This document shows positions 37,623 through 45,078 of a stretch of DNA of 46,892 bases, in pieces. A program made the translations under genes and the position numbers. The notes beneath the pieces were generated by a model. That model saw nothing but the letters and a program-made list of their open reading frames with translations. It ran no database searches and was not told where the DNA came from. The stretch comes from Chloroflexota bacterium (lineage in GTDB: Bacteria > Chloroflexota > Dehalococcoidia > UBA2979): the NCBI GenBank assembly GCA_002707835.1, contig PANZ01000004.1, forward strand, positions 1 through 46,892. Direction: 5' to 3'. Within the stretch, counting starts at the first letter, position 1. Each line of letters starts with the position of its first letter.

Positions 37623-38200
37623 GATTTTTTAACGGGTTGCCCTAAAGTTTCCATTAATCTGTTCGCCCAACAAAAAATTGCTGCAGATAATGTGAGATCA
37701 AGGATTTCAAGATCCGTCAAATTTTCGATTTCGAGTGCGTTCAATTCTGATGTGGATGCATTAGAAGGAGTCTCTGATAAAGCTATCGAATAATTAAATA
37801 TTGCTTGTTCTCTAGATGGTAAATCGGCATTAGATTCTTGTTCAAAAATTTCATCGATGACTTCTGTTTGAGTTGTTAAATCAATATACCTACTGGCATG
37901 AACTGCGGTGCAATAAATACATTTGTTGAATTCTGATGCACCTATCGCACCAAGTTCTCGATCAGATCTGGAAAGACCTCCAGGTCCTCCATACATGATC
38001 GTGTTAAACAGTGGATTACGATGGATGAGTGATTCAGGATCATGTGCTAGTACCAAAACATAATCTGAGATTTTTGTATTTGAAGGAGTTACTTCTAATG
38101 CTTCTAACTGTAATGCTGTAGCATTTTCAAGATCAATTGGTTCTAAATGGGGACTCCATTTAGGCACTTGAGTTGTGAATTCATTGACTATTTCTGTCAT
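37619..38200 (-). CDS. AhpD/carboxymuconolactone-decarboxylase (CMD) family peroxidase-related protein
   Basis: CIYCTAVH (CxxC...H) AhpD-type motif within a helical CMD domain. The start overlaps the upstream gene stop (ATGA). Confidence 0.8.
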   Translation of the reverse strand: MTEIVNEFTTQVPKWSPHLEPIDLENATALQLEALEVTPSNTKISDYVLVLAHDPESLIHRNPLFNTIMYGGPGGLSRSDRELGAIGASEFNKCIYCTAVHASRYIDLTTQTEVIDEIFEQESNADLPSREQAIFNYSIALSETPSNASTSELNALEIENLTDLEILDLTLSAAIFCWANRLMETLGQPVKKS

Positions 38201-38721
38201 TTATTTTCCTTATTACTTTTATTAACTAAAAGTCGTATTCCTTGAATTAGTCTGACTTGATAGTTCACAAATCCAACCAGTTGCGTAATGCGTACTATGT
38301 CTGCTTCTGCTACGCCAGCGGTTTTTAATTCGTCGATACTAGCTTTAGTAGCCATTTGAGGAGAATGTGTCAGTAAATCAACATGATTGATAATAGTGCG
38401 CAGCCAATCATTCGTTTCTGCGTTAGGGAGAATGTGAGGATCACAGAATATTCCTACCATGTCTAATGATTCGTCTGAATCTTCCAGAAGTTTTAAGTAA
38501 TGCGATTGTAATTCATCTTCATGGATTGCTGAGATTCGTGTGGCAATTACAGCACGTAACGCATATGAGATTCCTCCGACATCATGCGGATGCAGCACTG
38601 CATCATGTGAATTTTCAGTCAATTGGAGAATCTCTGAACGCTGTTCTAACACTGATAGGACAGAAGAATTTTCCTTGACTCCAGCAATCCGAAGTGTGAC
38701 AGAATTAATGTTCACTAGCAA
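38197..38721 (-). CDS. CMD-domain protein without CxxC (partner of the adjacent AhpD-like protein)
   Basis: Helical protein with the RIAGV...SVL...R N-terminal pattern and a C-terminal ITQLVGFVNYQVRLIQGIRLL segment. I recall this from the CMD protein family that occurs as a gene pair with AhpD-like proteins. No Cys pair. Confidence 0.6.
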   Translation of the reverse strand: MLVNINSVTLRIAGVKENSSVLSVLEQRSEILQLTENSHDAVLHPHDVGGISYALRAVIATRISAIHEDELQSHYLKLLEDSDESLDMVGIFCDPHILPNAETNDWLRTIINHVDLLTHSPQMATKASIDELKTAGVAEADIVRITQLVGFVNYQVRLIQGIRLLVNKSNKENK

Positions 38722-38739
38722 TATTGCCCTTCAAAAATA

Positions 38740-39054
38740 TCAATGGCCAACTGAACTGAGTGGATTCACAGTTACTCTGCCTAATGTTTCTGATCCGGTA
38801 TTGGTGAAATGATGTTCACTATTCGGGGGGACGAGAACCGCATCACCTTGCTTAATGTCATATTCCACACCTTCGACCCAGAGTATCCCTGATCCCTTAA
38901 CTATGTAAGCTTCATGTTCCCATGGATGTGTGTGATGCTGGCTGGACTCACCAGGAAGATGTTCTATATACAACATGACATAGTTTGGAACACCATCTTC
39001 AAAACTTAGGATAGGGTTTTTATTATCGCTACTGTTCTTAATTACTGGTTTCAT
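38740..39054 (-). CDS. single-domain cupin (metal-binding)
   Basis: Cupin motif 1 (HTHPWEHEAYIVKGSG) and motif 2 (GDAVLVPPNSEHHFTN). AAGGAG RBS. Confidence 0.85.
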   Translation of the reverse strand: MKPVIKNSSDNKNPILSFEDGVPNYVMLYIEHLPGESSQHHTHPWEHEAYIVKGSGILWVEGVEYDIKQGDAVLVPPNSEHHFTNTGSETLGRVTVNPLSSVGH

Positions 39055-39073
39055 AAAACTCCTTCTATACGCA

Positions 39074-40339
39074 TTATTTGAATGATAGCGGATCGTTTGC
39101 TGTTACTCCAAGTGCGGCTAACTCTGTTATCTCTTCTTCAGACATACCTGCTACTTCACGTAATACTTCTTCAGTATGTTCACCTAAAAGTGGTGCAGGT
39201 AATTGTGTTGCTCCTGGTGTTTTCGAAAATTGAAATGGTCGACTTAAGTAGGGGCGTGAATCAGATGGTCCACGTCCGCTATATTCCCAAAACCCACTAC
39301 TTACTAATTGTGGATCATGTACTAATTGCTCTCCGGAGTTCACCACTCCTGCAGGAACGTTTGCAAGTTGCAGGATTTCCATAGCAATAAACGCATCCTT
39401 TTGACTTGTCCATTGAGCTATATGTTGATCAATTTCATCATGATGCTCACGTCTTCCTTCTGTATTAGTAAAACGTGGGTCATTTTCTAATACTGAATTG
39501 TCCATACATTGAGTAAGTGCTTTCCAATCGTCGTTATTTTCCACGCTTATGGATATCCACTTGTCATCTCCAAGACATGGATAGATACCTTGTGGAGCAA
39601 ATGTTCGATGACGGTTCCCTATAGGCACTTGAATATTATTGTTCATCGTATAGTCCATGACCATGTCACCAAGAATGGATGATGTCATTTCACGTTGTGA
39701 AAAATCGATATAAACACCCTTACCAGTTTCTCGATGTTGGCGAATTGCACTAAGAACTATTCCTACCGATGCTACCGCTACAAGAGGATCAGGGAACAAT
39801 ACTCCAGAAGTACTTGGATCACCCCCCAGATATCCTGTAATTGAAGCTACTCCAGCTGTTTGCTCCAACGTTACTCCAAAGGATCCATATGCTACTTCTG
39901 GGCCAGTTGCACCTTGACTACCTAAAGTCACCATAATTATGTCCGGCTTAATTTGCCGGAGATCTTCATAACTTAAACCAAATCGTGCCATTACACCTTG
40001 TCTATAATTTTCGATGACAACATCTGAATTCATTGCTAAGCGTTTAAATGCGTCGACACCTCGTTCGTGGGTGAGATCGAGACATATATTCCGCTTGCTA
40101 CGATTTCGATCTAAATATCTTCCTGTTCGGTCCCAAGGCTTATCAGTGGGTTCATTATCGAGATACATTCCTTGGTCTATCTGTGGGTTATGTGCATCAC
40201 CACGTGCAATATCCATACGCCTAGCAGATTCTACTTTAATGATGTCAGCACCTAAGTCACCTAAAATTTTCGTACATGTAGGGCCTGCCCAGACTTGGGA
40301 TGGGTCAAGTATGCGTATGCCTTCAAGTGGTAAGTTCAT
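39074..40339 (-). CDS. family III (CaiB/BaiF) CoA-transferase
   Basis: GIRILDPSQVWAGPTCTKILGDLGADIIKVE N-terminus. Candidate catalytic Asp in LFPDPLVAVASVGIVLSAI. AAGGAA RBS. Confidence 0.9.
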   Translation of the reverse strand: MNLPLEGIRILDPSQVWAGPTCTKILGDLGADIIKVESARRMDIARGDAHNPQIDQGMYLDNEPTDKPWDRTGRYLDRNRSKRNICLDLTHERGVDAFKRLAMNSDVVIENYRQGVMARFGLSYEDLRQIKPDIIMVTLGSQGATGPEVAYGSFGVTLEQTAGVASITGYLGGDPSTSGVLFPDPLVAVASVGIVLSAIRQHRETGKGVYIDFSQREMTSSILGDMVMDYTMNNNIQVPIGNRHRTFAPQGIYPCLGDDKWISISVENNDDWKALTQCMDNSVLENDPRFTNTEGRREHHDEIDQHIAQWTSQKDAFIAMEILQLANVPAGVVNSGEQLVHDPQLVSSGFWEYSGRGPSDSRPYLSRPFQFSKTPGATQLPAPLLGEHTEEVLREVAGMSEEEITELAALGVTANDPLSFK

Positions 40340-40364
40340 TTGTTCCTTCTTTAAATTAAAACTA

Positions 40365-41591
40365 TTAGACTATGCCGCTATTTTTCATTTGATTAATTTT
40401 CTCGTTGTCCCATCCCAAAAGGGAACCATACACTTCCTCATTATGCTGTCCCAGTGTAGGTGCTGGTTTAAGATCCCATTGATCACCTCCCCATTTCATT
40501 GGTAATCCTGGGTAGGTTAATTTTCCTGCAATGGGATGTTCGAGTTCTACAAAGTATTCTCTATGTTGATATTGAGGGGATTCAATCAAGTCTTTCGCAT
40601 CACATATATAACCCCATGTCATACCTCTTTCTTGTGAAGCATGGTAGAGGTCCTGTTTTTTCTTATCACTTGCCCATTCTGCTATAAGTGCTGTGATTTC
40701 ATCTTGGTTTTTTTCACGTGCATCCATATCTTTGAATTTTTCATCATGTTCAAGTTCTGGTCTTCCAATCATTTCACATACTCCTGGCCAGTCTGTTTGG
40801 CGGAGCGTGATTCCAACTTGCCCATCGGCAGTTTTATAGAGTGGGGAGGATGCTAGTCGGCGACCACGTTCTTTTCCAGTTAGGATGTAAGAGAGTCCTG
40901 AATACATTTGTGCCACACCTATACCAGCTTGCGCTGATACATCAACATGTTGTCCAACACCGCTGATTTCCTTATAGGTTGAGGCTACTAATGCTCCTGA
41001 GAAGCCTGATAATCCACAAAAATATTCTGCTGGTTCGCCACCTATTTGTAGTGGTTCCCTCGAAGGATCTCCAGTTACAAAGGCCAATCCTCCTAAAGAT
41101 TGTGCAGTTATATCATTCCCTCGGTAACCTTTATAAGGTCCAGTTTGACCAAAAGGCGAAAGTGAGACAAGGATTTTAGCAGGGTTAATTTGCTCAATTG
41201 CGGAATATCCAATGCCCCATTCATCCATTTTTCCTGGAAGAAAATTTTCGACAATAATATCCGCCCATTCAATCAATTGAGTGGCTATATCAATTCCTGT
41301 TTCATTATCGAGGGATAGTGTGATTCCTTTTTTGTTCATATTGAGATATAAGAATTGGCCACTTTTTTCTGGATGTGGAATATTGTCGATGAATGGTCCT
41401 CGTGAACGTGAAATATCTCCAGATTGAGGTGATTCAATTTTTATGACTTCTGCTCCCATTACAGCAAGCATTTTTGTTGCGATTCCTCCAGAGATGCCCT
41501 GTGAGAAGTCGAGTACTTTAATGCCATCTAAAGGTGAAGCTACGTTTGACAAGGTTTTTCCTTCCGTAAAATCATTAATTTTGGGCATCAT
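40365..41591 (-). CDS. family III (CaiB/BaiF) CoA-transferase paralogue (Glu at the position expected for the catalytic Asp)
   Basis: GIKVLDFSQGISGGIATKMLAVMGAEVIKIE N-terminus. The active-site segment reads GGEPAEYFCGLSGFSGALVAS. Confidence 0.88.
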   Translation of the reverse strand: MMPKINDFTEGKTLSNVASPLDGIKVLDFSQGISGGIATKMLAVMGAEVIKIESPQSGDISRSRGPFIDNIPHPEKSGQFLYLNMNKKGITLSLDNETGIDIATQLIEWADIIVENFLPGKMDEWGIGYSAIEQINPAKILVSLSPFGQTGPYKGYRGNDITAQSLGGLAFVTGDPSREPLQIGGEPAEYFCGLSGFSGALVASTYKEISGVGQHVDVSAQAGIGVAQMYSGLSYILTGKERGRRLASSPLYKTADGQVGITLRQTDWPGVCEMIGRPELEHDEKFKDMDAREKNQDEITALIAEWASDKKKQDLYHASQERGMTWGYICDAKDLIESPQYQHREYFVELEHPIAGKLTYPGLPMKWGGDQWDLKPAPTLGQHNEEVYGSLLGWDNEKINQMKNSGIV

Positions 41592-41645
41592 AGCTGATGT
41601 TTATCAATCTGTCTTGAGTTAAGCTAATCAAATGAGATTTCAATA

Positions 41646-41674
41646 TTATTTCACTAGATAATTTAGTGAAATAA
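41646..41674. promoter_or_regulatory. inverted repeat (11-bp perfect arms, 7-nt spacer) in the divergent intergenic region between the CoA-transferase operon and the PCuAC gene
   Basis: TTATTTCACTA (41646-41656) and TAGTGAAATAA (41664-41674) are exact reverse complements. Confidence 0.35.
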
Positions 41675-41710
41675 ATAGACTCAATTTATTTATGGTATGG
41701 GGATAAACTA

Positions 41711-42196
41711 ATGCACAAAACGCTGTTTCAAGTATCCATATTTTCTCTATTACTAACTACTTTGTTAAGTTTGGCGTGTGCTGATCAAAATTCATCAGAA
41801 GTGGTTCTTGAGAAGAATGGGATAGAAATTTCCTCTCCTTACATATTTGAAAGTGCTAGTAATACATCCGCTGCATATTTCCACATTAATAATAAAACTT
41901 CAGTTTCTGAAATACTCATGTCAGTAGACTCGAATTCTGGGACAGCAATGTTGCATGAAACTATTACTAGCAATGGGATGGTACAAATGCGATACCTTGC
42001 TGAAGGTATAGAGATTGCCCCAGAATCTCATTTACATCTTGAACCAGGAAGTTTTCATGTGATGTTGAACAATTTACCCAGTAATTTATCATTTGGAGAT
42101 AAAATTGAATTGATTTTAGAATTCAAAAATAGCGGCCAACTGGCTATTGAAGTTCCTGTAATCAAATCCACTGAGCACGCTGGACACACCCATTGA
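41711..42196 (+). CDS. periplasmic copper chaperone PCu(A)C (DUF461), probable lipoprotein
   Basis: Signal peptide with lipobox-like LSLAC. Cu(I) ligand pattern H-x10-M ... H-x-M (LHETITSNGMVQM ... FHVML). His-rich C-terminal tail (EHAGHTH). Confidence 0.85.
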   Translation: MHKTLFQVSIFSLLLTTLLSLACADQNSSEVVLEKNGIEISSPYIFESASNTSAAYFHINNKTSVSEILMSVDSNSGTAMLHETITSNGMVQMRYLAEGIEIAPESHLHLEPGSFHVMLNNLPSNLSFGDKIELILEFKNSGQLAIEVPVIKSTEHAGHTH

Positions 42197-42262
42197 ATTT
42201 ATTGTTTATATAGCAATCTAGGCTGTGAAGTTGTTTTTGATAATGGACTTCAGTAGACTGTC

Positions 42263-43393
42263 GTGATGGTAGAACAATTACCAAGCTATTTCCCTCCGTT
42301 AGGTGAATGGGCACGTTTAGAACCCGAAACTGTTGGCTTTAATAAAAGTGCACTTGATGCTGCTATTCAATACGCAATTGATACAGAGATCGATTGGCCT
42401 GAGGAAGTAGGTTTGATGGTAGGGCGTAATGACTTACCTCCCTATAATTCAACTCTTGGTCCTACAAAAACCAGAGGACCTGCAGCTGGTGTAGTAATTA
42501 AAAATGGATATTTAGTAGCTGAATGGGGTGATCCTGATCGAGTTGATATGACATTTAGTGCCACGAAAAGTTATCTATCGACGATGGTTGGACTAGCTCG
42601 TGATCGTGAAATGCTTGATTCGATGAATGAGTTAGTAAATGTACGAATTCAGGATGGCGGATTTGATTCTGAACATAATGCTGCTATTACCTGGGAACAT
42701 TTGTTACAACAAACCAGCGAATGGCAGGGCACGCTTTTTGATCGTCCTGATTCTGTTGATCACAATCGCTCGGTTGCCAATAATGCGAGTATGTCGGACT
42801 CAACGAATGATGCTCCTGCAAAAGGAGTGCTTCGTGAATTAAATCCTCCAGGTACATTCTATGAATATAACGACGTTCGGGTAAATCGATTAGGTCTATG
42901 CGCTTTGCGGATATGGAAAGAACCATTACCTGATGTCTTAAGACGTGAAATTATGGATCCAATCGGTGCTTCTGATAAATGGATTTGGCATGGCTATATC
43001 AATTCTTGGGTTGATGTAGAAGGAAAACAGATGCCTTCTGTTGCAGGAGGAGCTCATTGGGGTGGCGGGTTATGGATTAGCGCATATGATCATGCTCGTT
43101 TCGGATTATTGATGTTAAACCGTGGGAAATGGGATGGTCAGCAACTGATTTCTGAAGATTGGATTAATGATGCTCTTACTCCATGTGACGTAAATGAAAA
43201 TTATGGGTATATGTGGTGGCTTAATACTAATCAAGAACTTTACTCTAATGCTCCAGCATCCTCATTTGCTGCTCAAGGTGCAGGTGGGAATATAGTATAT
43301 ATCGATCCAGAAAATGATTTAGTTGTAGTTACACGGTGGTCTGGTGAACGCTCTGAAGTTGTCAATCGTGTTATTGCAGCCATTAAGACTTAA
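42263..43393 (+). CDS. serine hydrolase of the beta-lactamase/transpeptidase-like fold
   Basis: S-x-x-K nucleophile motif (FSATKSY) in the expected N-terminal third, with the size and layout of class C-like esterases/amidases. GTG or ATG start at 42263/42266. Confidence 0.75.
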   Translation: MMVEQLPSYFPPLGEWARLEPETVGFNKSALDAAIQYAIDTEIDWPEEVGLMVGRNDLPPYNSTLGPTKTRGPAAGVVIKNGYLVAEWGDPDRVDMTFSATKSYLSTMVGLARDREMLDSMNELVNVRIQDGGFDSEHNAAITWEHLLQQTSEWQGTLFDRPDSVDHNRSVANNASMSDSTNDAPAKGVLRELNPPGTFYEYNDVRVNRLGLCALRIWKEPLPDVLRREIMDPIGASDKWIWHGYINSWVDVEGKQMPSVAGGAHWGGGLWISAYDHARFGLLMLNRGKWDGQQLISEDWINDALTPCDVNENYGYMWWLNTNQELYSNAPASSFAAQGAGGNIVYIDPENDLVVVTRWSGERSEVVNRVIAAIKT

Positions 43394-43421
43394 TTTATTT
43401 TATCTAAAGTAAATTAAGTCG

Positions 43422-43874
43422 ATGTACAATGCCGTCATGGATCCTATTAAAGCAATGACACTAAGAGCAAAACATGAAGCTAGTCATGCAATTTATGCAT
43501 ACCATTTAAAATGTTCATTACCTGACCTTACAATTGAAGATGACGCTTGTACTTTTATTGAGAGAATGGGATTTGATTTGCATCCTGATTTTGCTGTGAA
43601 AATTTCTATTGGCGGTCAAGTTATAGTTCCAGATGGTGACTGCATGGATATCGCTCAACAGCTGGCATTGGATATATCTAGCGGGATGAATGACTTAGCA
43701 GAAGCATTAGTAAAAGGATATTTTGTAGAAGCGCAAGAAGTACTTGTGGGTGTTTCTGAAGAAGGTAGTGGTATGTATATGTCACAACTTGATTTGCTTG
43801 CTTCACGTTTGCAGCAAGATACAGATATTTCTGCTATTGAGGCAACTTTCCTTATAGAAAACACTGATAGCTAA
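43422..43874 (+). CDS. hypothetical protein with an HEXXH motif (possible minimal FtsH/M41-like metalloprotease domain)
   Basis: KHEASHAIYAYHL near the N-terminus resembles the AYHEAGHA zinc site of M41 peptidases. There is no AAA domain and no TM segment. The RBS is weak, so the coding call is itself moderate. Confidence 0.4.
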   Translation: MYNAVMDPIKAMTLRAKHEASHAIYAYHLKCSLPDLTIEDDACTFIERMGFDLHPDFAVKISIGGQVIVPDGDCMDIAQQLALDISSGMNDLAEALVKGYFVEAQEVLVGVSEEGSGMYMSQLDLLASRLQQDTDISAIEATFLIENTDS

Positions 43875-43884
43875 TTTGCTATGA

Positions 43885-45075
43885 ATGGATCTGCGAATGC
43901 TATCTAAACCTTTTTTAGTTTTATACTTTTCAGTACTTGTCGCTACTATGGGAATTTCACTAGTTAGCCCAATACTTCCTATTTTTGCAAAAGACCTCGG
44001 GGCAACTGGAATTTTAATTGGTCTAACTTTTGGAGTATTTGCAATTACATCAATGATTATCAGTCCTTTCGTTGGGATGTGGTCTGATCGATATGGCCAA
44101 AAACCATTTATTATTTTAGGACTTTTGGTGTATCTGATTGCCGCCTTTGGATACTTAATTTCCGATCAACTTTGGCAGGTAATAGCATTTCGAGCTTTTA
44201 GTGGTGTTGGGGGTAGTCTAATTTTTTCGGTCGCAAGGGCGTACCTTGGTTTAATTACACCTGAAGGCTATGAAGGGCGATGGACCGGAGTTTTTTCTTC
44301 TGCAGATATTATCGGATTTGGTACAGGTCCCCTAATTGCTGGATGGATTCGCCAGCAGTCTGGCTTTGATTTGGTTTTTATGTCTATGGCCGTACTGATG
44401 GGATTTGCTGCTCTTGCTGTATTATTATTCTTGCCTTCTAAGCCCAAAAATCGATCAATAACTCTTATCGATGGCATAGTTTTTTTACCTATAAAAAAAG
44501 CATTACAACATCGAATTGTTTTAGCATTAACTTTGAATTGGGCGATCATTTCTTTGACGTGGGGGACAGTCTTATCTTTTCTTGGTTTGCGTTTAGAAAA
44601 CTTAGGTGTAAGTGCAACTGCTATTGGGTTGGTCTTTGCGTTAGAGTCATTTTCAAGTGCACTTACACAACCTTTTTTCGGTATTGTGGTCGATCGTGTC
44701 AGTCGCCGTTATCTCAATATGATAGGAATATTGTTGGTCATAGTATTTTTCATCGCGCTAGGTTTCACAGAAAATCTTTTTTGGATTTATATAATGATGA
44801 TTGCAGTAGGAGCATCACTTGGTCTTGCAGTGGTTTCACTTACTGCAATGCAGGTCGATGTTGGTAGAAAACTTGGTATGGGAACTGTGATCGGTATCAA
44901 TCAAGCAGGAATGTCTGCTGGTGTTTTGTTTGGTGCTTTATTCTCAGGATTGGTAGTTGATCTTACTGGTAGGGATAATACTTTTTTCTTCTTTGCTGCT
45001 TTTTTAATGTTTATCGGCCTAATAATTTTTTATTTCTTGAGTCGCACACCAGTTGGAAATGTTGTATTAAAATAG
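43885..45075 (+). CDS. major facilitator superfamily transporter
   Basis: About 12 TM segments with the MFS loop motif GMWSDRYGQKP between TM2 and TM3. Confidence 0.9.
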   Translation: MDLRMLSKPFLVLYFSVLVATMGISLVSPILPIFAKDLGATGILIGLTFGVFAITSMIISPFVGMWSDRYGQKPFIILGLLVYLIAAFGYLISDQLWQVIAFRAFSGVGGSLIFSVARAYLGLITPEGYEGRWTGVFSSADIIGFGTGPLIAGWIRQQSGFDLVFMSMAVLMGFAALAVLLFLPSKPKNRSITLIDGIVFLPIKKALQHRIVLALTLNWAIISLTWGTVLSFLGLRLENLGVSATAIGLVFALESFSSALTQPFFGIVVDRVSRRYLNMIGILLVIVFFIALGFTENLFWIYIMMIAVGASLGLAVVSLTAMQVDVGRKLGMGTVIGINQAGMSAGVLFGALFSGLVVDLTGRDNTFFFFAAFLMFIGLIIFYFLSRTPVGNVVLK

Positions 45076-45078
45076 GTT

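Noticed and set aside
40014-40505. 163-aa plus-strand ORF spanning the junction of the two CoA-transferase genes
   Set aside because: It is antisense to two well-supported genes, shows no recognisable motifs and has an Arg/Ser-rich composition. Shadow ORF.
22284-41591. Interpreting the carboxylase, CoA-transferases, malate synthase and hydroxyacid dehydrogenase as a 3-hydroxypropionate bi-cycle or similar CO2-fixation module
   Set aside because: The diagnostic enzymes are absent from the window: malonyl-CoA reductase, propionyl-CoA synthase, malyl-CoA/citramalyl-CoA lyase and mesaconyl-CoA hydratase. Malate synthase G is not part of that cycle. The analogy is limited to shared enzyme families.
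42263-43393. Annotating the beta-lactamase-fold protein as an antibiotic-resistance beta-lactamase
   Set aside because: Only the SxxK nucleophile motif is evident. I could not identify clean YxN and KTG motifs or a signal peptide. Most such proteins are esterases or amidases, so only a generic serine hydrolase call is justified.
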